A stretch of 64,000 nt of DNA from Hyphomicrobiaceae bacterium (GCA_051009975.1 JBPCWA010000510.1:3158-67157), one strand, 5' to 3'. Shown: positions 32,335-42,062, counted from the stretch's first letter. Notes: a model not told the origin generated them from the sequence alone. Made by a program: numbers and translations.

Positions 32335-32904
32335 ATGATATTGGCACTCAAGAACATTCATACGGGCGTCTTCCGCGCCTTGGAAAACCTTACAAACGGC
32401 TGGTTCGTCGGCCTAGCGGCACGTTTTGTATTCTCGAGTGTGCTATTGATGTACTTCTTGAACTCTGCGTCCACGAAAGTGGGATCTGATTTCCCTGGCG
32501 TTCTTGTTCCGACCTCGGGCGCGTATGCGCAAATGTTGCCTCCAGTAGCCGAGCAATTCGGCTACAACGCGGACAAGATCCCTTTCTTTCCTTACGGTTT
32601 AATTGTTTACGCGGGAACCTACGCGGAATTCCTGTTGCCAATTCTGGTCTTGGTGGGGTTGTTTACGCGCCTGTCGAGCCTCGGGCTCATCATATTCATT
32701 TTTGTAATGACGTACGTTGACATCTTTTTTCACGGGGTGGACGCGAAGACCATTGGCGAAATGTTTGATCGCATCCAGGACTCGCCAATCTGTGATCAGC
32801 GATTGCTCTGGTTGTTTCCGCTGGTGTATTTGGTTTTGAAAGGCCCAGGCCTGATCTCGCTTGACGCTCTTCTGGGATATTTTTTCGAGGAGGACGAAAT
32901 CTAG
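32335..32904 (+). CDS. DoxX-family membrane protein
   Basis: GGGGAGG SD about 8 nt before ATG 32335. Four hydrophobic segments (FVGLAARFVFSSVLLMYF, VYAGTYAEFLLPILVLVGLFTRL, SSLGLIIFIFVMTYV, LLWLFPLVYLVLKGPG) fit the DoxX layout. Confidence 0.8.
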   Translation: MILALKNIHTGVFRALENLTNGWFVGLAARFVFSSVLLMYFLNSASTKVGSDFPGVLVPTSGAYAQMLPPVAEQFGYNADKIPFFPYGLIVYAGTYAEFLLPILVLVGLFTRLSSLGLIIFIFVMTYVDIFFHGVDAKTIGEMFDRIQDSPICDQRLLWLFPLVYLVLKGPGLISLDALLGYFFEEDEI

Positions 32905-33247
32905 ATAATTCACTGGGAAGCGATATCGGCAAAGGCGGCCATTGGAAAATACGCCGTCACCACGGTCCCCTCAAAAAGAGAATGAGATAGTCCTTGGGGC
33001 CGTTTTACTGGAGACGTCTTAACGGAACCGAGAAAAATCCCCCACTCGGAAGTATGGTCCAGTGCATTGGATACTGGACCAGATGATATTGGCGTAACGG
33101 CACTCTCATTCTGTTCGACGGTGCCGCAGTGAACCGATTGGTGCGTCGCAGGATAGAGATGAACGTTGAATGTATCCGAAAGGCTGATCGCCGCGCGTCT
33201 CGGAACGTTAATGCTGTGCCAGCCTCCTGGATATAGAGAGCGAAGTT

Positions 33248-33856
33248 CTAGTTCTTCAGAAACGCATCGACATTTTGATTGATCGGTAGGACCGCGTCAT
33301 TGGACTCGAAAGGTTTGCCAGCGGTTTCGAGTCTATCCTTGAGGCGAGAGTTGCGGGACATCGCCGCTGGTTGATCAAGCGCCGCCGTTGCCTTGACAAG
33401 TTGATCCACATCACTCGCGCTCTCGTCATAGCAGAGCGCCCCCTTAATGATGGCTCCTTCCTCGATTGCGACGGTCCGATGATGGATTTCACTGTTTACA
33501 CAAGCTGTCTTTTCAATGACGACCCGCGTTGCGCGAATCACGCCGAGCGTGGCTCCCCGCACAAAAAGCTCGTCAACGGTTATAGCGCCTTCGACCGATG
33601 CGTTCTCGTCAACGATAAGGAGTTTGCATCTGATGTTGCCGTGGACGGCCCCTTTCACCATGATGTCTCCGTCGCTTTCGAGATCGCCGGTCATGGTTAG
33701 CCATTCGTCAATGACCGAATTCGACGGTGAGCGTCCATTGTTCGATTTTGGCACACCGACCGAGACCAGTGCGTTTTGGGACACTTGACCCTGATAATTG
33801 CCATGATGCAATTCAGGGCCAGGCCGGCCGTCGATCTCAGGTTTTTTGCTGAACAT
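33248..33856 (-). CDS. bactofilin-family cytoskeletal protein
   Basis: The beta-helix repeat region GDLESDGDIMVKGAVHGNIRCKLLIVDENASVEGAITVDELFVRGATLGVIRATRVVIEKTACVNSEIHHRTVAIEEGAIIKG is typical of DUF583/bactofilin. Confidence 0.85.
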   Translation of the reverse strand: MFSKKPEIDGRPGPELHHGNYQGQVSQNALVSVGVPKSNNGRSPSNSVIDEWLTMTGDLESDGDIMVKGAVHGNIRCKLLIVDENASVEGAITVDELFVRGATLGVIRATRVVIEKTACVNSEIHHRTVAIEEGAIIKGALCYDESASDVDQLVKATAALDQPAAMSRNSRLKDRLETAGKPFESNDAVLPINQNVDAFLKN

Positions 33857-34088
33857 ATTGCCATTACCCTTGGTTGGAGCTGCGAGGTCTTAGAGAAACA
33901 TATGCTCCAGGTCTCAAAAACCGTGCCAAACGGGAGATTGGGCCTCGCTCAGAATAATATTTTCATGTGAGAACCGGGTTGGCCTGGCGACATCCGGCCA
34001 ATGATGCACGACTAAGATGCATCAAGCATAACAGGCGCAAAGAGATATACAGTTGACGATACGCGGCTATTCGAAGTATCAAATGGGT

Positions 34089-34142
34089 TCGTGGTGATTT
34101 GGCCGGCCGGCTTGCAGCCACGTAAAAAAACTCGCTAAAAGG
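34089..34142 (+). promoter_or_regulatory. SAM-II (alphaproteobacterial metA-type) riboswitch
   Basis: tcGTGGTGATTTGGCCGGCCGGCTTGCAGCCACGTAAAAAAACTCGCTAAAAGG matches my memory of the SAM-II consensus (GAUUUGGC...GGCUUGCAGCCAC...AAA..CGCUAAAA pseudoknot/triplex strands). It sits in the 5' leader of metZ. Confidence 0.7.
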
Positions 34143-34152
34143 CCGCGCGCGG

Positions 34153-34207
34153 ACCTGGCTCTGATCGCTCGGCTTTTGCGAGCTGTGATCGGCCAGGTTT
34201 TTTTGTG
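34153..34207 (+). terminator. Rho-independent terminator (riboswitch expression platform) ahead of metZ
   Basis: Long imperfect hairpin CCTGGC-ctGATC-GCTCG ... CGAGC-tgtGATC-gGCCAGG followed by TTTTTTT, about 45 nt before the metZ ATG. Confidence 0.6.
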
Positions 34208-34248
34208 GCCGGAATAGATCTATTCAACTCGGCTACGGAGAGTGCGCG

Positions 34249-35457
34249 ATGAAAGATGATGATGCCAAAAACGGCCGCTCAGACCGTTGGCTACCTCAGA
34301 CAACATTGGTCCATGGCGGCGTTCTACGCTCCCAGTTCGGTGAAACGTCCGAGGCACTCTACCTCACGCAAGGTTACCTCTACGACAGCGCGGAACAAGC
34401 TGAGCAACGCTTCAAGGATGAGGCAGGCGGATTCATCTATTCAAGATATGCAAATCCGACGGTTGCAATGTTTGAGGAACGCATGCGCTCGTTCGAAGGT
34501 GCCGGCGCTGGGCGTGCCACGGCAACAGGCATGGCTGCTGTTAGCGCGGCGATCTTGTCTTATGTGAGCGCCGGCGACCATGTGGTCTCTGCGCGAGCCT
34601 TGTTTGGGTCCTGTCGCTACATCGTCGAAGATCTTTGTCCAAGATATGGGATTGAGTCGACCCTCGTTCACGGACCTGACCTCGATCAATGGCGTGCAGC
34701 TGTTCGCTCGAATACTAAACTGTTCTTCTTCGAATCACCTTCCAATCCGACGCTTGATCTGGTCGACATTGTATCGGTCTGCAAAATTGCACGCGAAATT
34801 GGGGCACTCGTAGTCGTCGACAACGTCTTCGCGACGCCAATGCTACAAAGGCCGCTGGAACTCGGAGCGGACGTTGTGGTTTATTCGGCAACGAAACATA
34901 TTGATGGACAGGGCCGTTGCCTCGGTGGAATTGTTCTTGGCTCGAAAGACTACGTCAGTGACAACTTGCATACATACTTGAAGCATACCGGCCCATCGCT
35001 TAGTCCGTTCAACGCTTGGACTCTACTTAAGGGGCTCGAGACGCTGCCTGTTCGCGTACGGCAGCAGTGCGAAAGTGCAGATGTTGTGGCCCACAGTCTT
35101 AGCGGACGCCATGATATCAACAGGGTCATTTATTGTGGGCATGACTGTCATCCTCAGATCGAGCTGGCGAAACGTCAAATGCACGGGGGCGGGCAGATCG
35201 TATCGTTCGAATTGGCTGGAGGCAAAGTCCATGCCTTCAAGTTTTTAAATGCTCTGAAGTTGATAAGACTGTCCAACAATCTTGGAGATGCCAAGAGCCT
35301 TATCACGCATCCGGCGACGACGACCCATCAACGACTGAAACCCGAGGAGCGCGAGCGACTTGGCATTGGTGACGGCCTTGTTCGATTGTCGGTGGGTCTC
35401 GAAGCGACCGAGGATATTCTAGCTGACATCGAGGCTGCATTGGCCGCAGCTGGCTGA
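34249..35457 (+). CDS. metZ: O-succinylhomoserine sulfhydrylase (PLP-dependent Cys/Met metabolism family)
   Basis: WLPQTTLVHGG, YSRYANPTV, VVYSATKHIDGQG (PLP lysine), LSNNLGDAKSLITHPATTTH, LVRLSVGLE. Confidence 0.92.
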   Translation: MKDDDAKNGRSDRWLPQTTLVHGGVLRSQFGETSEALYLTQGYLYDSAEQAEQRFKDEAGGFIYSRYANPTVAMFEERMRSFEGAGAGRATATGMAAVSAAILSYVSAGDHVVSARALFGSCRYIVEDLCPRYGIESTLVHGPDLDQWRAAVRSNTKLFFFESPSNPTLDLVDIVSVCKIAREIGALVVVDNVFATPMLQRPLELGADVVVYSATKHIDGQGRCLGGIVLGSKDYVSDNLHTYLKHTGPSLSPFNAWTLLKGLETLPVRVRQQCESADVVAHSLSGRHDINRVIYCGHDCHPQIELAKRQMHGGGQIVSFELAGGKVHAFKFLNALKLIRLSNNLGDAKSLITHPATTTHQRLKPEERERLGIGDGLVRLSVGLEATEDILADIEAALAAAG

Positions 35458-35745
35458 TCCATTGGGCGACAAGTGTTCGTGGTCTGTGGCGGTGTAGGGA
35501 AATGAACTCTTTTCGTAATGGTGTCACATTCCGATCTCGGTCATTCAGTTTATCTTCCGAAGGTGGAAATTCAGAGTTGGAAAAGTCTTCGTTCCTCCAA
35601 CGCAGCGAGGTATTGCATGAACTCACAGCTCATTTCGTGGATCGCAACCACAGGATCTGGAAATAAGAGTGCAGAACCAAATAACGATGATTTCAGATGC
35701 ATGTATTGATGGCCTGGAACTATCGAACAATGTAAGGAGCTGGCA

Positions 35746-38700
35746 ATGTCGATCCATGTGGCCCTAACCCACAGGACAACATACACTTACGACCGCCAGA
35801 TCAGTCTTGGTCCGCAAATTGTGCGGTTGCGGCCTGCGCCGCATAGCAGAACTCCCATCTTAAGCTATGCGCTTTCTCTCACGCCCGAAGACCATTTTCT
35901 CAACTGGCAGCAAGATCCCTTTGGTAACTTTCTCGCCCGCATGGTGCCGCATTCAAAGACCAAGGAGTTCTCAATAACGGTCGATTTGGTGGCGGACGTT
36001 TCGATTATCAATCCATTTAATTTCTTCCTCGAAGAGACGGCCATGCTGTGGCCGCCGTCGTACTCGGCGCTCGAACTTTCGGAACTCGCGCCATATCTGG
36101 CTCACGAGCCACCTGGAGACCGCCTCAAGGCGTATCTTACCGAGATCACAGGCGACATGGATGGCCAAACGATTGATGAAATTGTTGCGCTCAATCAGCG
36201 TGTGGAGCGAGATATCGGCTATGTCATTCGGATGGAAGAGGGAGTTCAGCCGGTAGAGGAAACCTTGCGTATGGCGTCAGGATCCTGTCGCGATAGCGGT
36301 TGGTTGTTGGTTAATATTCTTCGAAATCTCGGACTGGCCGCACGATTTGTTTCTGGCTATCTTATCCAGTTGAAGCCAGACGAAAGGCCCCTAGAAGGGC
36401 CGGTTGGTACCGATCAAGACTTCACAGATTTGCACGCATGGGCCGAAGTCTACCTTCCAGGGGCCGGTTGGGTTGGGCTTGATCCGACATCTGGATTGCT
36501 TGCTGGTGAGGGCCACATTCCCTTGGCGGCAGCCCCTCACTTCGCGTCCGCTGCTCCTATCTCCGGTCGCCATGAGCCGTCCGAAGTTTCGTTCGACTTC
36601 AGCATGCAAATTCGTCGGATCGCTGAAACACCCCGAGTAACAAAGCCTTATAGCGAGGTGCAATGGCGAGAAATTCTGGCGGCGGGACGAGATGTTGATG
36701 TGCGCCTCGAGAAGAGCGACGTACGTCTGACTATGGGCGGGGAACCCACATTCGTATCAGTCGATGACATGGATGGTGCAGAGTGGACGACCGAAGCGGT
36801 CGGTCCAACAAAGCGGGCGTTCGCCGAAGGTCTTGTACGCAGATTGGCGCGTCGGCGTGCGAGTGGGGCACTGCTGCATTTTGGGCAAGGTAAATGGTAT
36901 CCGGGCGAGCAGTTGCCGCGCTGGTCTTTCGCTGTTTACTGGCGCAAAGATGGTCAGCCGTTGTGGGAAGATGAAACCCTGATAGGATGGGAGAGGCCCG
37001 AAGTTCAGGCGTCGATACAATCGGCGGAGAATTTTACGCGCGAATTGTGCAATCAGATGGGGTTGCCGGCGGATAGTGCTTTGGCTGCCTATGAGGATGC
37101 TGCCTATTTCGCGCTGGTTGAGCAAAAATTGCCCCTGGGCGAGAGCGTATCCGAGAATGAGATCGAAGATGAAGCTGAGCGCGCACGTCTCATTAGGGCC
37201 TTTGATCGTGGATTAGCAACGCCAGTCGGATTCATTGTTCCTATCCAGGTATGGCAAACCAAGGATCGCGGTCGACGTTGGGTTACTGAGCGTTGGAGGA
37301 CACGACGCGACAAACTGTTTTTGCTACCTGGCGATTCACCTATTGGATTTCGATTGCCATTGGCTGGACTGCGCCACGTTCCAGGAACGGATTATCCGCA
37401 CATGAGGCCGCGTGATCCGCTTTCGCAATATGAGCCTTTGCCGCAACGTGCAGAACTTCTGTTTCAGCGTCGCTCAGTTGCACTTGAAGAAACTGCAGCC
37501 GCTGATGCGAACGTAGAAGAGATTGCGGGCAGTGTGCGCACAGCGATGGCTATCGAGCCGCGCGATGGTCAGCTCTGCATTTTCATGCCACCGCTAACTG
37601 ACGCTGAGGATTATGCGGCACTGGTGGCGGCTATTGAGGAGAGTGCAAAGCACACACGCACACCGATTCGAATTGAAGGCTACGAGCCACCAAGTGATCC
37701 GCGGCTGTGTGTTCTCAAAGTGACACCTGACCCTGGTGTCCTTGAAGTCAACACCAACCCGGTAGCGAATTGGGATGATGCAGTCGACGATACATATACG
37801 CTCTATGAAGATGCCCGCGAATCGAGGTTGGCAACTGAAAAGTTCATGATGGATGGGCGACATACCGGTACCGGTGGCGGCAACCATATTGTCCTCGGGG
37901 GCCCCTCCGCAGCTGACAGTCCCTTTTTGCGTCGCCCAGATCTCTTGGCCAGCATCATTACCTATTGGCAGCACCATCCCTCTTTGTCTTATCTCTTCTC
38001 CGGCTTGTTTCTCGGTCCAACGAGTCAGGCGCCACGCGTCGATGAGGCTCGTCATGAGCAGGTTTATGAGCTTGAAATTGCAATGGCTCAGCTGCCTGAA
38101 GTGGGAGCTGAGCCACCGCCACTTTGGTTAGTCGATCGATTGTTTCGAAACTTACTGATCGATTCGACCGGCAACACGCATCGTGCTGAAATTTGTATCG
38201 ACAAACTCTACTCGCCTGACGGACCGGCAGGTCGCCTCGGCCTGGTTGAATTTCGATCTTTTGAAATGCCGCCGCATGCGCGTATGAGTTTGGCGCAGCA
38301 ATTGCTTCTCCGGGCACTGGTTGCGGTTTTCTGGGAAAAGCCATATCGCCACCGTATGGTCCGATGGGGCACAGCGCTGCACGATCGCTTCATGTTGCCC
38401 CATTTTGTGTGGTCAGATTTTGTAAGTGTACTCGAGGACTTAAACGCCAATGACTTTGCATTCCGAGGGGAGTGGTTTGCACCGCATTTTGAATTTCGCT
38501 TTCCGGCCTACGGCTCGGTTTGCCACGGTGGTGTGAGATTGGAAGTTCGACAGGCGCTTGAACCGTGGCATGTCTTGGGAGAGGAAGGTGCCGTCGGAGG
38601 AACAGCTCGTTACGTCGATAGTTCTCTAGAGCGATTGCAAGTCATGTGCACAGGATTGGTTCCAGGCCGCCATACAATCCTGTGCCAGGGACAACGAGTG

Positions 38701-39045
38701 CCACTGATGGAAACCGGCGTGTGGGGAGAGGGCGTTGCAGGCATCCGCTATCGCGCGTGGCAACCACCGACCGCGTTGCATCCGACGATTGGAATTCACT
38801 CTCCTCTTACCTTCGATATTGTAGACACATGGTCGAATCGCTCGATCGGCGGTTGTCGGTACCATGTGTTTCACCCCGGTGGGAAGTCGCCGGACACCTT
38901 CCCAGTGAATTCCTATGAGGCTGAAGGACGGCGATTGGCAAGATTTGAAGCGATAGGTCACACACCTGGCGACGTCACGCTACCGCCGCCGATCGTCAAT
39001 CCCGACTATCCATCTACACTCGACCTTCGCCGCATTGGCGTGTGA
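35746..39045 (+). CDS. large transglutaminase-family protein (N-terminal transglutaminase-like region with core, plus a long DUF2126-type C-terminal region)
   Basis: MSIHVALTHRTTYTYDR... N-domain. The core has an intact Cys-His-Asp triad: ASGSCRDSGWLL, TDLHAWAEVYLPGAGW, VGLDPTSG. 1099 aa. Confidence 0.9.
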   Translation: MSIHVALTHRTTYTYDRQISLGPQIVRLRPAPHSRTPILSYALSLTPEDHFLNWQQDPFGNFLARMVPHSKTKEFSITVDLVADVSIINPFNFFLEETAMLWPPSYSALELSELAPYLAHEPPGDRLKAYLTEITGDMDGQTIDEIVALNQRVERDIGYVIRMEEGVQPVEETLRMASGSCRDSGWLLVNILRNLGLAARFVSGYLIQLKPDERPLEGPVGTDQDFTDLHAWAEVYLPGAGWVGLDPTSGLLAGEGHIPLAAAPHFASAAPISGRHEPSEVSFDFSMQIRRIAETPRVTKPYSEVQWREILAAGRDVDVRLEKSDVRLTMGGEPTFVSVDDMDGAEWTTEAVGPTKRAFAEGLVRRLARRRASGALLHFGQGKWYPGEQLPRWSFAVYWRKDGQPLWEDETLIGWERPEVQASIQSAENFTRELCNQMGLPADSALAAYEDAAYFALVEQKLPLGESVSENEIEDEAERARLIRAFDRGLATPVGFIVPIQVWQTKDRGRRWVTERWRTRRDKLFLLPGDSPIGFRLPLAGLRHVPGTDYPHMRPRDPLSQYEPLPQRAELLFQRRSVALEETAAADANVEEIAGSVRTAMAIEPRDGQLCIFMPPLTDAEDYAALVAAIEESAKHTRTPIRIEGYEPPSDPRLCVLKVTPDPGVLEVNTNPVANWDDAVDDTYTLYEDARESRLATEKFMMDGRHTGTGGGNHIVLGGPSAADSPFLRRPDLLASIITYWQHHPSLSYLFSGLFLGPTSQAPRVDEARHEQVYELEIAMAQLPEVGAEPPPLWLVDRLFRNLLIDSTGNTHRAEICIDKLYSPDGPAGRLGLVEFRSFEMPPHARMSLAQQLLLRALVAVFWEKPYRHRMVRWGTALHDRFMLPHFVWSDFVSVLEDLNANDFAFRGEWFAPHFEFRFPAYGSVCHGGVRLEVRQALEPWHVLGEEGAVGGTARYVDSSLERLQVMCTGLVPGRHTILCQGQRVPLMETGVWGEGVAGIRYRAWQPPTALHPTIGIHSPLTFDIVDTWSNRSIGGCRYHVFHPGGKSPDTFPVNSYEAEGRRLARFEAIGHTPGDVTLPPPIVNPDYPSTLDLRRIGV

Positions 39046-39323
39046 TCGGTAGACGGCAGCCAGTCTTTCATTTCGAGCTTAGGTGGTGATCGATGTTGCC
39101 GACCAAGCTAACTGATTTGCGCTTAACTTCAATGGGTTGTACGCTATCACGTGCGAATTGTGTCGGCCGTGGCGTGGTCCTGAATTTGGTGAAAGGAGGG
39201 GTAGGCTGCGACGGATGTGTCGAGAAGTCTTTTCATCATATGTTCGGCTCAACGTCTGTAGTGACGTCGAATAATCTTCTTGGATGTCGGACTGGGCCAA
39301 GTGATTCCAAGTCATTCCAAGGG

Positions 39324-39440
39324 AGGCCAGTCGAAGCGAGGCAGTCGAAGCGAGGCAGTCGAAGCGAGGCAGTCGAAGCAAGGCAGTCGAAGCAAGGCAG
39401 TCGAAGCAAGGCAGTCGAAGCAAGGCAGTCGAAGCAAGGC
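39324..39440. repeat. Eight head-to-tail copies of the 14-bp unit AGGCAGTCGAAGC(G/A), plus a partial ninth, in the spacer between cluster genes 1 and 2
   Basis: Read directly. The first unit has one extra C. Units 2-3 end in G and units 4-8 end in A. Because 14 is not a multiple of 3, all six frames give spurious repeat ORFs. Confidence 0.95.
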
Positions 39441-39479
39441 CATGTCGGGTGATCAGGCAATGTTGGGAGCCTATAGGAA

Positions 39480-42062
39480 TTGAACGTCGATAATTCATAT
39501 ACCTACGATAGATTTCCGAGAGCCTACGAACAGCTTCTGACAGACTATCGAAGGCAAACCAACGGATTTGATGAGCTCCTAGGCGCAGATGGTGCGGTGC
39601 GTGCCCATTGGCGCCCGATAATGAACGAACTCGATCGGCTTGGGCACGAGCGTGCAGCCGGGGTGTCGGAGAGGATCCAGCGGCGCATTGTCGAGAACGG
39701 CTTGACGCTTGACAGCTTTGCCGATCCCAAGAATGCGGATCAGCCTTGGAATCTCAATTTGGTGCCGTTGGTTCTTCCTATTGGAGAATGGCGGACCATT
39801 GAGCAAGCAGTGATACAGCGGGCGCGTCTTTATGAATTGCTCCTCGCCGATCTCTATGGACCTCAATCCGTCATTTCCGAGGGGCTGTTGCCGGGTGAGT
39901 TAATATTCAACGATCCAACATTTCTCCGTCCCATGCATGGGACGCCAGCAGTACCACGAAGGCTGATGTTCATGGCGGCCGATTTGGCGCGCGGAAGCGA
40001 CGGCCGCTGGCGACTTCTCGATATTCATGCAGAAACGCTCGCAGGCCATGGATATGCACTGGCCAATCGCGTTGTGCTAGCTGACGTGTGCGCGCGCCAG
40101 TTTCATGAGAGCAACGCGCTGCGTATTTCGCAATTTTATCAGGACGTCGCTCGGGAATTGGGAAGTCGCGCAAACAAGGAGGTCCCCAATATCGTAATTC
40201 TCGGGCCGAATCCGGACTACGAGACCTACCTCAGTCATGCTTATACGGCGCGATACTTGGGGTATCCGTTGGTGGAAGGGAGCGATGTCCGTGTCGTTGG
40301 AGGCAAGCTCTATCATAAGACCCTGGCAGGCTTGCAGCCGATCGATCTCGTTGTGCGCGCGGTAGAGGCTCTAAAGTCGGATCCACTTGAGCTCGATCCG
40401 AACGCGTTTGACGGCCCGCCCGCGCTGGTGCAAGCGGCACGGACCGATCCAGGATTGCTCGCCAATGCGCTCGGTACGGCCATTGTAGAAAACCGCGGAC
40501 TTGCGCCCTACCTAGCAAAGTTGAGCCAGCATCTGTTGGGTGAAGTACCCATGATTTTCGATGCAGAACGCCTTTGGCTGGGCGATCCTGCCGTTCGGGC
40601 GGCGGTGATTGGTAACGGCGGTGAAGGGTACCTCATCCGCTCAGCCTTCGAAGGAACAGCGCGACCAGGGCAAGCCAATCCGGGTGAACTTCTCTCGCCG
40701 GCCGATACTGATCGTTACGCCGAGATGGTTTCGGAGATAGAGCTTAACGGCACACGTTATGTTGCCGAGAAGTCTTTGCAGTTTGCTACGGCCCCAGCCT
40801 GGACGTCCGAGGGACTGACACCAAGGCCATACGCGTTGCGCGTTTTCGTTGCTGCGAGCGGAGATAGTTACAGCGTTATGCCAGGCGGCATTGCACTCAC
40901 GATCGATTGCGGCGCAGCGATTGCATTGACGTCGGACGCAGCCGAATCGCGCGATGTTTGGATTTCGGCCGCAGAGCCACAGGGACCTCACTTTAGTCGA
41001 TGGCGCCTGTCCGTGGAAGAAACTCAAGTTCAGCGTATCGGTACGCGGCTGCCGAGTCGCGTTGCCGACAACTTGTATTGGCTTGGCAGGTATGTCGAAC
41101 GCGCGGACTGGACGATGCGAGTTATGCGAAATGCGTTGCAACGCGGTGAGGAAGACTTACGCCCCATCAGACGAACAGACGCAGCCGAAAGTGCTCTCGC
41201 GATAATGATCAAGAAGGGGCGCGAGGCGGCAGACGTTGCCCGTGAATCGGACGGACCGGTGTCCATCGAGGCGCGAGTGGAGGAGCTTTTTGCTGCAGCT
41301 GAGCGGCCATATGGAATTCGCACGACCTTTCGACACATCCGACGCGTGGCACGTCAAAGCCGAGATCGCTTGTCAGCCGACGCGTGGCGGGTTCTGAGTA
41401 GTTTGTCAATCGCTGGCGATACATCCTCTGCAGGCGGCGCGGATCCAACGATTGAACTGGCCGAGCGCTTGGACAGCCGTATCGCCCAACTGGCGGCATT
41501 CAACGGCCTGATGCACGAAAACATGACGCGCAACTTTGGGTGGCGGTTTCTGGATCTAGGGCGGCGGCTGGAGCGAGCGCAGCAAATGGCCGAATTGCTG
41601 AAATCTCTGCTTTTGAATGCGATGAGCGAAGCCGACGAGACGGAGCGGCTTGCATTCCTTTTGGAGACATCTGATAGTTTTATGACTTATCGTGCGCGAT
41701 ATCGTTTTGCGCCGTCATTCCCTCTTGTACTCGATTTGCTTATGGTCGATGAAACCAATCCGCGAAGTTTGTCATTTCAACTTGTAGGAATTTCAGACCA
41801 TATCGCAGAGCTGCCGAAAGCATCGGTCGATGCGATCCGAACACCAGAGCAGCGTCAGGCGTTGGAGTTGCTGACGCTCGTCCGTTTGGCCGACTTGGAG
41901 GCACTTCGTACGGTCGATGAAGATGGGGTTCGGGGCGGGCTGGCGGACTTGCTCGACCGGATTATCGGCGGCCTGCCGGAACTGTCGGATACAATATCAC
42001 GGCGCTATTTTAGCCTTACCGAAGAGCGACCACATCGTGTTCACACGCGTCTCGAGCACTAG
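39480..42062 (+). CDS. circularly permuted type-2 ATP-grasp domain fused to an alpha-E domain (DUF404/DUF407 + DUF403 type)
   Basis: FDELLGADGAVRAHWRPIMNEL..., PWNLNLVPLVLPIGEWRTIEQAVIQRARLYELLLADLYGPQ is the characteristic N-terminus. The C-terminal third (ADNLYWLGRYVERAD ... GWRFLDLGRRLERAQ) is the alpha-E repeat signature. TTG start at 39480 is uncertain. Confidence 0.9.
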   Translation: MNVDNSYTYDRFPRAYEQLLTDYRRQTNGFDELLGADGAVRAHWRPIMNELDRLGHERAAGVSERIQRRIVENGLTLDSFADPKNADQPWNLNLVPLVLPIGEWRTIEQAVIQRARLYELLLADLYGPQSVISEGLLPGELIFNDPTFLRPMHGTPAVPRRLMFMAADLARGSDGRWRLLDIHAETLAGHGYALANRVVLADVCARQFHESNALRISQFYQDVARELGSRANKEVPNIVILGPNPDYETYLSHAYTARYLGYPLVEGSDVRVVGGKLYHKTLAGLQPIDLVVRAVEALKSDPLELDPNAFDGPPALVQAARTDPGLLANALGTAIVENRGLAPYLAKLSQHLLGEVPMIFDAERLWLGDPAVRAAVIGNGGEGYLIRSAFEGTARPGQANPGELLSPADTDRYAEMVSEIELNGTRYVAEKSLQFATAPAWTSEGLTPRPYALRVFVAASGDSYSVMPGGIALTIDCGAAIALTSDAAESRDVWISAAEPQGPHFSRWRLSVEETQVQRIGTRLPSRVADNLYWLGRYVERADWTMRVMRNALQRGEEDLRPIRRTDAAESALAIMIKKGREAADVARESDGPVSIEARVEELFAAAERPYGIRTTFRHIRRVARQSRDRLSADAWRVLSSLSIAGDTSSAGGADPTIELAERLDSRIAQLAAFNGLMHENMTRNFGWRFLDLGRRLERAQQMAELLKSLLLNAMSEADETERLAFLLETSDSFMTYRARYRFAPSFPLVLDLLMVDETNPRSLSFQLVGISDHIAELPKASVDAIRTPEQRQALELLTLVRLADLEALRTVDEDGVRGGLADLLDRIIGGLPELSDTISRRYFSLTEERPHRVHTRLEH

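Noticed and set aside
39079-39498. 139-aa, 119-aa, 74-aa and 67-aa ORFs overlapping the 14-bp repeat tract
   Set aside because: Their sequences are just the repeat read in different frames (LASTALLRLPCFDC..., EARQSKQGSRSKAV...). They have no independent coding signal.
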